A stretch of DNA of 64,000 bases from positions 10,788,001 through 10,852,000 of the forward strand of contig CATOCA020000001.1 of assembly GCA_951406725.2 (NCBI GenBank), read 5' to 3'. Below are positions 1 through 12,813 of this stretch, piece by piece. Source of the DNA: Octopus vulgaris (taxonomy: Eukaryota). Below the pieces are notes generated by a model. That model had not been told where the DNA came from and did not search any database. It saw only the letters and a program-made list of their open reading frames with translations. The position numbers and the translations under genes are program-made. Position 1 is the stretch's first letter; each line of letters opens with the position of its first letter.

Positions 1-1050
1 ATTGGAATTTCAACAACATCAATATTGCCATCATCTCGGAACTTTCTACCAACATATCCATGCATAGTCTTCTGTTCATAGATACTCATCCGTTCATCTA
101 ATGATACGTTGCGGTAGAGTCGTGCGACATCTTTGAGCATGTATTCTGTTATCAGATAAGGAATGTTGCTCAAGGAGCTGCCTTCCAAGTCATATGAATT
201 ATGAAAACTTGGTCAAAGGATGCACTTTGACATTTGTGGTTATAAGATGTTACCGAAAGGATATGATACGACATTCAAAGACATTTTGCATCGATGTTAA
301 GCCCCTGCCACCTTGTTTTCGTTTTAAGGAGAGGGGGTCTACTTCACCGTTTATGTGGAAATTATGTGTACTTGTCAGTATTTTCCGGGTTTTCACATAA
401 ACAGCTCGGATCTCATCAAGTGTCCAATAAAACAGCCCAAATGTCAGCATGAGTACTTGCACAGCAATTACGTTGTGGGCCAATGTTTTATTGAATGCAT
501 AGATTTCTGCGGTCGAAATTTTATTTATTCAGCTGTAATGTTCTTTGTTTATACTTTAATGACACCTGTAAGTTAATGGTACCTGTAAAAAAGCACTTGT
601 TTTGTTACAGGTGCTGTTATGAGATATATTTTCATCCACCCCTAGATATCTGTAACATTCCTCTTCAGATATAGGGGAAACTGTCAGGTCATTGATGGTG
701 ATGTTGCGAGTCTGGTTTACATTTTTCGCCCTTTTCACAACCATATAACATTTATCCTGAACAAACGCCAACCCCACATCTTTTGAGAATGTTGTAACTT
801 GGTCAAAGCTCCTTTTCATCTCATCCATTTTCTTTGCATAAAGTTTTTAAGTCATCCACAAAGAAACAGCGTTCAATTTTGTAATTTCTGTTTCCTTTTG
901 AACCAATGAGATATCCTTAACATGAATGACATGAGGTTTACAGAAAGTATAAACAACATCATAACGAGGTTGTCCCCTTGGAATATGCCTTTGCGATATT
1001 GTATTCTGTGAGTGATAATAGTCACTCTTTGTGTTTAATTTCATGATGGT
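1..1050 (-). mobile_element. Decayed non-LTR retrotransposon RT fragment, R4/Dong-like
   Basis: Broken frames give GxPxxD, YRYLGVDE, and NVIAV..L...FG...WT..EI....KTRK.L....NFHIN..VD.L...RKQGGRGL, typical of R4/Dong-clade RT and post-RT regions. Confidence 0.75.
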
Positions 1051-2431
1051 GGCTCACAATGGAATCAGGTCAGCTATGGCTTTGATTATGGCTCACTGGA
1101 AATTTAGCAAGCTGAATGGCTTCTAGCATCCATGAGTATGTATGTATGTACGTATGTATGTATGTATGCATGTATGCATGTATGTACGTATGTACGTATG
1201 TATGTATATATGTATGTCCGTAAGTGAAAACGTGTGAGTGAATGTGTGTGCGTATGTACATACATATACATACTGACTCGTATATTCTCTCGAGTGATGT
1301 GCTTAATCGGACCCCATTTTAAGTCTGTCATTTGGAACCTTCGCTGTTTATGCCGGATTCTTCTCCGTTATAAACAATCAAGGCAGGTCTTTGGTTTCAG
1401 GATATCTTCCTTCTTTCCCCCAACCAATCACAGCAGCCTTCTGAATGATCATGAGCATTGACTGTCTTCCTGGCTAAGCGCTAAATATATACTTTACCTC
1501 TCTACTTCGTTTTCTTCCTCTCTCTCCTCCGCAGCATCACTCTTACCAACCCACATCCTCACATTATTTGTCCCTCCGCCCACATTTACACTTTATACAC
1601 ACTTCACACGCTAGACCACAGTTTCTACCTACACATCTCACTTCGGTAGCACAGTTACTCTCTGCACACTTTATTACACACAAAGACAAACACACACACA
1701 CACACATACACACAACTTTGTCCCATTGGATATTCTACATTTGACACACACATACAAATGCATACACACTCGTACATAGACTCATACATATTCCCGCACA
1801 CTCACTCTTCAAACACATACACATACTCACACACACATACCCATACTCACAAGTGCTGCCCTCACACATTCGCTTTTGCACCCAACGTTTTGCTTTGTAT
1901 CTCTAAACCACTCACTTCTCTCTCTCCCCCTCCTCCTCCTCCCTTTTCCTCCCACTACTGCTTGGCTCCTACTAACAGTTTACCTCCCCTATACGCACAC
2001 ATACCGCACCCTTCTTCTCTCACTTTCCATTCGTGTTCACTCTTCTTCGCATAAAACCACTTTTGCTCTTCTCTCCTTCTTTCGTCAGCCATTATCTGTC
2101 TCTCACTTAACCCATGTGTACCAACCCTTTGCTTGTACCGTCTACATTATTTGACCTTCATGATGTGTGCCATCTTTTTCAGACAATTTACATTACTGAA
2201 TGTTTTGCCTGCATTTTGCCCTTTCTTGTCTTGGTATTTGATCTGAAGCAACTTTTCTCTCTTATTCGATTTTTATCCTATAGATTCTACTGCAACTGTC
2301 CATGTCACGTCTTGCTGACTTTACAGTGTTCCCAGAGCATTGAACAGCAGTGATGGTGTCTGAATTGTGGTAACCGTCATGAATTATCATGAATACAGGT
2401 TTCTCTCTTCCAATATTTAGATGGCTTTCAA

Positions 2432-2637
2432 GGCGGCAAGCTGGCAGAAACGTTAACACACCGGGCGCAAAGCTTAGCAGTATTTCGTCTGTTTTTTAAC
2501 GTTCTGTGTTCAAATTCCACAGAGGTCGACTTTGCCTTTTATCCCTTCGGGGTAGCAGTTGCGTACTGGGGTCGATCCAATCGACTGGCCCTCTCCCCAC
2601 CAAATTTCATGCCTTGTGCCTAGAGTAGCAAAGAATA
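2432..2637 (+). mobile_element. tRNA-derived SINE, family A (GGCGGCGAGCTGGCAGAA...GTTCAAATTCC...)
   Basis: A/B-box-like head. Many related copies in the window (~7700-7915, ~22830-23020 minus, ~38476-38850, ~47053-47770, ~56410-56760). Confidence 0.75.
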
Positions 2638-2889
2638 TTTAGATGGCTTCCAGTCCGCCATATCAGCTTTTTTCTCAGCTACAACTTTATGCTCTTTAAC
2701 GCCTTTGCTTACCAATACACTACGTTTTCCTTAATATAATGGGACATAAAATCGTTATATTTAATACCGACACTCTGTATATCCATCCATCTACCATCTT
2801 CAACGCTCATTATTCCTGGGAGGGTCATGAGGACATCTGGTGCCTCAGGTACCTCCTGCATAGGGTACTATCAGAGGCAACTGCCAATA

Positions 2890-3250
2890 CGCATACTGAT
2901 TGAATTCTCAAGCATGACCAAATGAGGCTATGGATATTTTCTAGCCATCTCTTTTTGGTCTACCTCTACATTCCCTGCTGTTTTTCATCATTTTAAAGAA
3001 TCGATCTTGCGATTTTGTCATGTGACATCCTAATCGCATGTCCGCATTACCGGAAATGTAGTGGCACAATACGGAAAAGTACCGACCTGATCTGGAGAGA
3101 CTCCCTCATCTCCAAGGTACACACTGTGTCGAGTAAAGCTACTCCAGTCTTTTCGGAGGAATCCCATTTCGGCCGCTTCTGTTTGAGATCAGACTCTTTC
3201 AGTCGTTAGCCAATATTCATGACAACAGATGAGAATGGGCACGAAACCGA
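2890..3250 (-). mobile_element. Decayed RTE-like LINE 3' fragment
   Basis: Minus strand reads GHAIRM...RGRPK..W, resembling the RTE C-terminal GH..RM...RGRP..RW motif. Confidence 0.5.
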
Positions 3251-3683
3251 AACTGAAGATAGTGTGTTTGGCTTTGTTACCAAGTTGTCCTCTTCTGGGG
3301 ATCGAATACTGGAACATTTTATTGTATCTCGGGAGGGTCATTAAGCCAATAAAAAACACATGTACTGGTTCTATTTCACTTTATTATTCCTCACTTTGTT
3401 AACAATTTGTTAACGAATTAAATAAATGAATGTTTGATTAACCGTTTGGTTAACCTATCAACCAGTTATGGTTGTTAGCGACATTTTGTTGTCAATCGTG
3501 ACCGCTTCGATGACTTGTTTTTGTTCTATACTTATGTAGTTATGAGATAGAGTGTACGTGAGAGAGAGGGTTAGAGAGTATGTCTGTGTACATATGTGTG
3601 TGTACATGTGAGCGTACATTCATGTGTGCGCTGTTGTGAATGTTTGCGTATGTATGTTTGTGTATGTCTGTGTGCGCGCGCGC

Positions 3684-3685
<2 letters not shown>

Positions 3686-3770
<85 letters not shown>
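3686..3770. repeat. (TG)n microsatellite
   Basis: Perfect dinucleotide run. Confidence 0.95.
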
Positions 3771-3774
<4 letters not shown>

Positions 3775-3980
3775 TGATGGTTTGTGTGATACAGTTGAAT
3801 CTATAAGTTCGGTAGAGCGAAGATGTGAATGTAAAGCGTGCGAATGGTAAAACGTTTATTCCTCATATCTTTATCTATAGTTTCCCTTTCATAAGACATG
3901 ATATTGTAAGCTTCAGAGAATAACCCGGATTTTCTTAGTATTAATAATAAAAGAAAAAAAGAAATGAGAATTTTACTTAC

Positions 3981-4138
3981 TTTGACATTGCGAATAATCC
4001 AGTATAGGTATTCGTTTCCCTGAGCCTTCCTGACACGTGCCAGAGACAGCAACAGTTCTGTTATAGACTTCTTTAATATACTTAACGAAGGCTGGCAAGT
4101 GACATCCACACTTCATAAGGTTATTGTTTTGGAGGTCA
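3981..4138 (-). CDS. LRR protein, LRR C-terminal cap exon (DLQNNNLMKCGCHLPAFVKYIKEVYNRTVAVSGTCQEGSGKRIPILDYSQCQ)
   Basis: 158 bp, TTCTCTTTATTATTACAG acceptor, in frame with the preceding phase-2 exon. CxCxL...C...C LRRCT cysteine pattern. Phase-1 GTAAGT donor at 3980-3975; no next exon was identified in the window. Confidence 0.88.
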
Positions 4139-4766
4139 CTGTAATAATAAAGAGAACTCTGAATGCGTTTCAGATCAACAGAGAAATTCCTATGTGATTT
4201 GACAAGAAACAAAGATTATAAAATTTGAGCAGGTTTATAAACGCTATGACATTCATTTTTCTAAGTGTTGTTAATAACATCAATAATGTGAAATGCTTTC
4301 TAGTAGAAAGTGGAAGCACTAAGGTTCTATTCTCTTTTAGCTTAGATATTGAATAATAAAGTACCTTTAAATAAGATTACTAGCCACTTGAAACGATTCT
4401 ATTTTATTGTAGTTTAGGGACATTTTAGTGTCGGGAATTTGGTGGTAGGGATCTTGCGCCGCTCTATCTGAGAAAACTCATTTAGACGGGCGGTTTTGGC
4501 GCTAAGAAGGTCGTGTTTATTCTATGTAGCAACTGGTTTTAAAACTAGAGACAGATTTCAGTGTTGTACAATTTATTGCTTGAGCGGCACAGACATGTAT
4601 AGTAATACTCCTAATTAAGAAGGGGAAAATTAATATTCAATTTTGATATATCAATTTGAATATTTTCAGTGTTTTTCAAAAAAGAGCAACAGCAAGAACA
4701 ATAGCAACAACAACACAAATACAACAACAACAACAATAATGATGATAATAATAATAATAATAATAA

Positions 4767-4826
<60 letters not shown>

Positions 4827-4849
4827 TAAACAACAATGACTATTTGAAG

Positions 4850-5045
4850 TGAGAAATAGAAGTTTGTTGACAATGAAGAGAGTAGAGGTGATACCAGTAG
4901 TAATTGATACATTTGGAAGTATTAGCACTCAACTACCAGCATGACTGAAAACAATTGGTACAAGTGTGAAGGTAGAACACCTAAAAGAAATCAGTATTGC
5001 TTGGAACGCAAGAATTCTTCGTAGCGTTCTTGAAGTATAAACAGT
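4850..5045 (+). mobile_element. R4/Dong-like 3' end fragment following a (TAA)n tract
   Basis: Reads KRVEVIPVVI..FGSI...LLGT.RILRSVL, the typical C-terminus of restriction-like-endonuclease non-LTR ORFs. (TAA)n at ~4735-4826. Confidence 0.7.
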
Positions 5046-5097
5046 AAACAAGTAACACTTTCCATCAAACCCAGAAAAGTAAGCTGTGAGTTTTCAT

Positions 5098-5133
<36 letters not shown>

Positions 5134-5232
5134 ATGATGATGATGGTGATGATAATGATGATGATGATGATTATGATGGTGATGATTATGATGATGATTA
5201 TGATGATGATGGTGGTGATGATGATGATGATA

Positions 5233-5268
<36 letters not shown>

Positions 5269-5322
5269 ATGATGATGATAATGATGATGATGATGATGAT
5301 TATGATGATGATGGTGATGATA

Positions 5323-5355
<33 letters not shown>

Positions 5356-5430
5356 GTGATGATTATGATGATGATGATGATGATGATGATAATGATTATG
5401 ATGGTGATGATGATGATGATGGTGATGATA

Positions 5431-5490
<60 letters not shown>

Positions 5491-5965
5491 GTGATGATAA
5501 TGACGATGATGATGATGAAGATGGTGGTGATGATGATGATTATGATGATGATGATGATTATGATGGTGATGATAATGATGATGATGATGATGATGATGAT
5601 TATGATGGTGATGATTATGATGATGATGGTGGTGATGATGGTGATGATAATGATGATTATGATGATGATGATTATGATGATGATGATTATTATGATGATG
5701 ATGATGGTGGTGATGATGATGATGGTGATGATAATGATGATGATGATTATGATGGTGATGATTATGATGATGGTGATGATTATGATGATGATGGTGGTGA
5801 TGATGATGATGGTGATGATAATGATGATGATGATGATTATGATGGTGATGATTATGATGATGGTGATGATAATGATGATGATGATGATTATGATGATGAT
5901 GATGATGATAATGATGATGATAATGATGATGATGATGATGATGATGGTGATGATGATGGTGATGA
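5098..5965. repeat. Long imperfect (ATG/GAT)n microsatellite
   Basis: ~870-bp trinucleotide run; source of the poly-Met and poly-Ile pseudo-ORFs. Confidence 0.95.
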
Positions 5966-6049
5966 GGAGGAGGGGAGGGGGAGGAGGAGGAGGAAGCGGA
6001 AGAGTAGGATTATCCAAAGTGCTTAGGAGAAGAGAAAAGAATACATTCT

Positions 6050-6190
6050 TTAAATGAGAATGCATGGACAGTTTGAAAGGAATAAACAGGATATTAAGGG
6101 TAATACAGCATCGTGGGCATGGCTTGAGCGAGGTGATTTGAAGCGTACCACTGAAAGCCTGATCATTGTTGCATAAGACCAGGCTCTCGC
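6050..6190 (+). mobile_element. R4/Dong-like fragment
   Basis: Reads SWAWLERGDLKRTTESLIIVA*DQAL, matching the conserved SW.WL..G.LK..TE.LI.AAQDQAL motif. Confidence 0.7.
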
Positions 6191-6699
6191 TGCCTCATTG
6201 GTCTGTCTCATTCGCTGTGTATTGACCAAAACCAAATAATCCATTGATGAGGAGGTCCTCACGTAATCGCTAAAGCCAAAAACCTCTCAGTTCAATTGTC
6301 TTATGCCTGAGTAGAAATTAGAGGGAAAATGAATAAAAGAAGGTTTAACCTTCTCATTTGACCCTTCACATGCAATCATAGACATCTTCATACACATTCA
6401 AGCATGAATATGGTAGTAGAAAGTAAAGTTAGAGTTACAGAGAGAGAGAGAGAGAGAGAGATGGGGGTATGAATGTAAGCCATTCACACCACTCTGTACT
6501 ACATACTGCAGTAGATTTATTAGAGAGGAGAAATGAGAAAATGATAATTGAAAATAACAGATACCAAATAAAATTAGGTAGGATGTGGTTAGAGAATCTT
6601 TAAATGATATTCTAGATATAGTTTTGAATCATAAGACAAAAATGATATAATAAAATGTATTGGGCAAACAGATTATATACAGCTGACAGAGGAGAAAGA

Positions 6700-7060
6700 G
6701 ATGACATACAATATATAAATAGCATACTAGATTTAGAGGATATACTAGATATAGATGATATACTAGATATAGATTATATACTAGATATAGATGATATTCT
6801 ATGATAGATTTTGATGATATGTTTGAAGAGATGACATACAAGATATGGATAAATCTACTAAATGTAGCTAACCTGCAATATAGAGAGGATATACACTATA
6901 TAAATGGCATACTAGATTTAGAGGATATACTAGATATAGATTATATACTAGATATAGTTGATATGCTATGATATATTTAGATGATATGTTTGAAGAGATG
7001 ACATACAAGATATGGATAAATCTACTAAATGTAGCTAACCTGCAATATATAGATTATCAG
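6700..7060. repeat. Short local duplication with TATACTAGATATAGA subrepeats
   Basis: The block GATGATATGTTTGAAGAGATGACATACAAGATATGGATAAATCTACTAAATGTAGCTAACCTGCAATATA occurs twice, about 168 bp apart. Confidence 0.8.
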
Positions 7061-7568
7061 CTACAAGATATAAGTGACATACGAGCTATTTTTGTCAAAC
7101 AGTATTGTCATATAAGTGCTGTGGCGAAAGTTGATAGGTATTGCGAAGCTGCGAAATATTGCTGAGTAAAATACCAGTTATATTTGACATGAGAGATTTA
7201 GCTTTATAAGCATTCTAAATATAAGTGGAAATTATAGCAGATATATCTAAAATTGTAGGTATTGGAAATATTTTCTCCCTCGGCACTTCCTTTAGTGAAT
7301 ATGATTTTCAGAAGAGAATATTCTGAACCTTTTAGGAATTTTGCTACATCGTAATGCAATTCTATCATGTTCTGATAAATACAATTTTGAAATAGATCTG
7401 CTTGTATACCTCCCAACCTCTAATACTGCGCAAACGTTGTTAGTTTTACTACTATTTATCTCCCTTAAAATGTTCTCCATTCCAAGCAGTGTGGTTAAGC
7501 TTTAATAGGGATAGGATTGTGTTAAATTTCCCTCTCTTTCTTTACCTCTCCACACACACGTGTATATA

Positions 7569-7613
<45 letters not shown>

Positions 7614-8396
7614 ATATATATATATATATATATATATTAACACAGAAGAATGGAGATATCATACATATTGAACCATCCCGTTTCTGTCAGATTGGCAAAT
7701 CACAAAATCTTGCGATACAGTAATACTGCGTATTAATCGACCCAACAGTTACAGGGTGTTCTCTTTTCATGTTCTGAGTTCAAAATTTCGAGGACGATTT
7801 TGCCTTTCATCTTTTTGGGGTCGATGAATTAAGTACCAGCCGAGCACTACGGTGGATGTAATCGACAAACCCCCAGCCACAAAATTGCAGGCATTGTGCT
7901 TATCGTAGAAAGAATATTATACCAAATGGTTTCGTGGTAGAAATACAGAGGCAAATACAGCAGTCATCAGAAATATTTGAATGGAATTTTTGTGGATCTT
8001 ATTCCTTCTGATAACTCCGTTGTCATAAGGATATAATAAGTAATAACAATATATATATATGTGTGTGTGTATGCTTATATATGCACATACGCATACACAC
8101 ACAGGAAAATTTATATATGTGTGAAAGAAGGTTTGTATGTAGGCCACTCTCTCGACTCCAGTTAATTATGTGTATTTATAAACATGGAGTAAACTAGTTA
8201 AAATCAACCTTCTGATATTTGAACATAAACTTTTCGATAATAAAACACAGTGCTCGGAAATCATGTTGATCCACTGAAATTTAAATCAACTCATTGTTGT
8301 TTATTACCAACAACATTTAACGAGGAATTGAGAATTTTATGACCTAATTTTTATTATTTTCATTTTCTTATAACCAAAAAGAACGTGTTTGCTTAC

Positions 8397-8468
8397 ATTT
8401 TAACTATGCTGGGGAGGAATAAGAAAGCGCCATCTTCATATTTTTCTATTGGGTTGCTGTCCAAATAT
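8397..8468 (-). CDS. LRR protein, 72-bp LRR exon (YLDSNPIEKYEDGAFLFLPSIVK[I])
   Basis: 72 bp, TGTCTCTTTTTCAG acceptor and GTAAGC donor, phase 2-2, LxxNxIxxxxxxAF pattern. Confidence 0.9.
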
Positions 8469-8814
8469 CTGAAAAAGAGACAAATATTACACACTTTAAA
8501 ATAAGTAAAAGTAAATAAATATGTTTACTCCTGTTCAATACTAAATTGCGTTGTAGTCAACACTAACAGGGTAAATGCTGATATTACACACTACAATTGT
8601 TTATTTCTCTTTATAGTTCTGTGGGAAGTGTTGTTTGAACAAGAATAGGTTCCTTCAATCTAACTTAATTATCCTAAGTGAAAACCTGATAACAAAACAG
8701 CAAAAGACGGAAGGGAATAAAATACAAAACTAACAAAATAACAAGGAGACTTTCTTATGTGCACAATATGGGTTTTAGTCAACATTCTCATCCATGGTAG
8801 AAATATCATCCTCC

Positions 8815-8971
8815 ATATAGACATGGTTCTGTGGCAGGAAAATTACTTCTCACATCCATAGATTCTTTAGTCCAACTGTGTGGCACCTTGGACAAATAAC
8901 ATTAACTATAACCTTGGGTCAACTAAGCGTTGTGAGTGAATTTGCTGCAGGAAACTGTGTGGATTCCCTTC

Positions 8972-9026
<55 letters not shown>

Positions 9027-9240
9027 TGTGCTTGTCTCTGTGTTTATCCCCACCAACGCTTGATAACCAATATTGGTTTGTTTACATCCCCCGTAACTTA
9101 GAGATTCCTCAAAAGGTATCCGACTGATTAAGTGCCAGATTTTAAAAATTCAGTACTAAGGATGATTTGTTCGAGTAAACGCTTGAAGGTAGTACTCCAG
9201 CATGGCCGCAATCTGATAACTGAAACAAGGAATAGTAAAA
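8815..9240 (+). mobile_element. SINE family B (degenerate; internal (TA)n, ends ...TGAAACAAGTAAAAG)
   Basis: Homologous to better copies at ~37447-37815 and ~55430-55800 and to many minus-strand copies in 28.6-61 kb. Confidence 0.65.
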
Positions 9241-9879
9241 GTACATACTCCAGTAGCAGTGTAATTGATAAAAAAAGGCTTTCAAAAAAATAGAATATTA
9301 ATTATTGCAATAACATTGACCATCTTCAGACCAGTGCATAACTATCAGAATCCTATTCAAAGTTCATAAAACAATGGCCACCTTTTGGTAGAAGATATAT
9401 ACTAGGTACCTATAAATTGACTTTACAATTTGAACACTTCAGAAGACAATGAAGAACAAGGATAGCTCATCAAACTTTATTGGAAATCATTGGCAAACAA
9501 ATATCACAAGCATTAGAACACTTCGACGTGGATTTAATTGTTACCAATTCTACGTCGCTAAAAGCCACACTGCTTTTTTCTTGGTTGATTTTTATAACGG
9601 GATTTTTACTAAAAGAGTCTTCCCCATGAAGACATACTTTTAAATTTGATTAATCTACACATTTCCTTTGGAAATAACTGAGATATTTTGATTCAAAGTC
9701 ACTTTTTTGCCTTACGCTGCCATTTTATACCTCGAAAACTTTGAAATATATATTTTGAAGAATCAATTTACAATTATTTTAGCTCGAAATGTAGCTTACA
9801 TCTCGATCATCATTGCCAAAACGATGCAATTAATTCGGTTGAGAGCTGAATTACGAATTAAATCATGTAATAGGAGTGC

Positions 9880-10110
9880 ACTCTGTTGTTCACATTCTCT
9901 AAGTGAAGTTCAGTAACAAGGACGGGGAGTCAAATATTGGGGTGCCGGGTGGGATAATCTATAGTCACCTTGATACTTTGGTGGATGGAGTTGGCTACTT
10001 GCTGGATGCTCTCCATTATGTTCCTCTCAGTTTCTACATTACCGTTACTAGAGCTGGTCTTAACTGTGATATTAATGCCATCTATATACCTACAGAAAAT
10101 TAGAAGAGTT
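9880..10110 (-). mobile_element. Penelope-like element RT fragment
   Basis: Reads RYIDGI...MESIQQVANSIHQSIKVTIDYPTRHPNI*LPVL, resembling PLE RT RY(V)DD...NS.H..IK.T......LP.LD. Confidence 0.6.
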
Positions 10111-10219
10111 GTGGACTGTTTTGCCAAGAATTGCTTAGGTTTTCTGATCCACCAGGTCATGAAGAGGCCGGCAATATCTCCAGATACACCGACACAAATG
10201 GCTGCACCTTGAACTTACA

Positions 10220-10652
10220 TGTATAGTTTCAAGCATTTGTCTTATGACGGAAGGCCGAAGACGCTCGACCTTTGTTCTCTCGAAAAACGACGACGACGTG
10301 GTGATCTCATTCTTGGTCACTACATCATAAGCGGAAAGTGTATCCTCTCGAAAGAGCTGTTCTTCACTCCTGCTCCAGAGCGTCGGCTGCAAGGTCACTC
10401 CGAAAAGCTCTATCTACGACGATTTCATCTCAATCGAAGGAGAGGGGCTTTCTCCGTCCGGGTTGCGGATCCGTGGAATAAGCTGCCGGACGAGATAGTG
10501 AAGATGCCGACGACCGCTCGGCGTCAAAGTCTCGCTTGACCAGAAATAGCCTGAACTCTTTGTATGACCACCCTCCCTGTACATAACGCCCTGTCCCCCT
10601 ACATGGCCTTGCTTTTGCTTTTTGAGACAAAAAATTAAACTAAACTAAACTA
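10220..10652 (+). mobile_element. CR1-type LINE 3' end
   Basis: LSY..R.KTLDL.SLEKRRRRGDLI...GHSEKL......RR.AFSVRV..PWNKLP is the CR1 C-terminal signature. Ends in an (AAACT)n tail. Confidence 0.85.
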
Positions 10653-12782
10653 GTGATACTTTAGTCTGTGGTTCTTCCAAGGTGGTTCTTACGCTAGCTC
10701 CTACTGCATGTGCAATCATTCCTTTCTCCTAATTGTTGTTCTCAGGGAGTTGGGTGGGTAGGGTCAAGCCACACCAGCGCTGTGATCTGTGATCTGGCGG
10801 GGTAGAATATATAGTCTAAGAATGAGACACGGATCACGCGTGTTGACCTCACTTCACATTTCACAGACAATCTCATTACATTATACTCCAGCAAAATCGA
10901 TGTCAATAGATGGGTAGAGGGAATCAAGTCCTTAGTGTCCACTACACAACATGTGACGAACTTGGAGTGACCAAAAATACACATTTTATTGAGGATGTCC
11001 TCAGTGCTAACATAGAAGAAGAAGAAGAAGAAGAAGAAGAAGAAGAAGAAGAAGAAGAAGAAGAAGGAGGAGAATAAGAAGAAGAAGAAAAAGAAGAAGA
11101 AAAAGAAGAAGAAGAAGAAGAAAAAAAGAAGACGAAGAAGAAGAAGTAATAGAAGAAGAAAAGAAGAAGAAGAAGAAAAGAAGAAGAAGATGAAGAAGAA
11201 GAACAAGAAGAGGAAGTAGAGGAGGAGAAAAAGAAGAAGAAGTTGAAGAAGAAGTAGAAGAAGAAGAAGAAGAAGAAGAAGAAGAAGAAAAGAAGAAGAA
11301 GAAGAAGATGAAGAAGAAATAGAAGAAGAAGAACAAGAAGGAAACAAGAAGAGGAAGTAGAGGAGGAGAAAAAGAAGGAGAAGAAGAAGAAGTAGAAGAG
11401 GAAGAAGAAGAAGAAGGAGGAGACGAAGAAGAAGAAGGTGAAGAAGAAGAAGGAGAAGAAGAAAATGAAGAAGAAGAGGAAGAAAAAGAAGAAGAAGAAG
11501 AAGAGGAAGAAAAAAGAAGAAGAAAGGGATGAGTAGAAGAGAAACAAGAAGAAGAAGAAGAAGAAGTAGAAGAAGAAGAAGCATGAAAAAGAAGAAAGAA
11601 ATGAAGGAGGTGGAAAAGGAGAAGAAGGAAGAGAATAAAAAGACAAGAAGAAGAAGAAAGAGGAGGAGGAGGAGGAGGAGAAGTAGATGAAGAAGTAGAA
11701 AGTAGAATTAAGTAAAGAAAAAGCAGTAGAAAAAGCATGAGGATGAGGGGGAGTGGGAGAGTAAGAATTACAAGAAGAATAAAGAGGAAAAGAAGGAGAA
11801 GAAGTAGAAGAAGAAGAAAGAAGAGAGGAAGAAGTAGGAGTAGTAGAAGAAGAAGAATAGGAAGAAAAAGACGTCGAAGAAAAGAAGAAAAGAAGAAGGC
11901 GAAGAAGGAGGAGGAGGAGACAAAAGGAGGAGGAGTATGAAGGGAAGTAGAAGTAAAAGAAGAAGTAGAAGGAGGAGGATGTGGAGGAGGAGAAGGAGAA
12001 TAACAAAAAGAAGATAAGAAGAAGAAAGAGGAGGGAGAGAGAAGTAGATGAAGAAGTACAAAGTAGAAGAAGAAGAAGAAGAAGAAAAATAAAGATGAAA
12101 GAGAAGAATAAGAAAAAGAAAGAGGAAGACGGGGAGGAGAAGTAGAAGGAGAAGAAGAAGAGGAAGAAAAAGAAGGAGAAGAGAAATGAGAAGTACAAGA
12201 AGAAGAGGAAGAAGAATAGGTAGAGGAAGAGAAAGAAGAAGGAAAAAAGATGAATAAGAAGAAGAAAGAAGAGGAGGAAAAATGAGGAGGAGGAAGAGGA
12301 GGAGGTTGAAGGAGAAGAAGAAGTAGGAGAAGAAGAAAAAGAAAGAGGAGGAGGAGGAGGAGGAGGTGGAAGAGAAGAAGAAGAAGAAGGAGTAGAAGTA
12401 GAAAAATAAAAAGAAGGAGGTAGACAAGGAGAAGTAGAAGAAGAAGGAGGAGGAGCAGAAGAAGAGGGAGAAAAAGTAGATGAAGAAGAAGAAGAAGAAA
12501 AAAGGAGGGAGATGGGGAGGGGTAGGGCGAGAATTACAAGAAGAAAAAGGAGGAGGAGGGGATGAGAATTACAATAAGAAAATGAAGAATAAGACGGAGA
12601 AGGAGAAGAGAAAACATTAGAAGTAGAAAAGAAGGAGTGGTAGGGGGAGGAGGGAACAAGAAAGATAGAAGAAAAGAAGAAGCAGAAGAGGAGAAGAAGA
12701 AGAGGAAGAATAAGAAGAAAAAGAAGGACGAGGAGGAGGAGCATGAGGAATGGCGGAGGAATAATAATAATAATAATAATAA

Positions 12783-12813
<31 letters not shown>

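Noticed and set aside
5086-6065. 323-aa poly-Met and poly-Ile ORFs
   Set aside because: Translation of an (ATG)n microsatellite.
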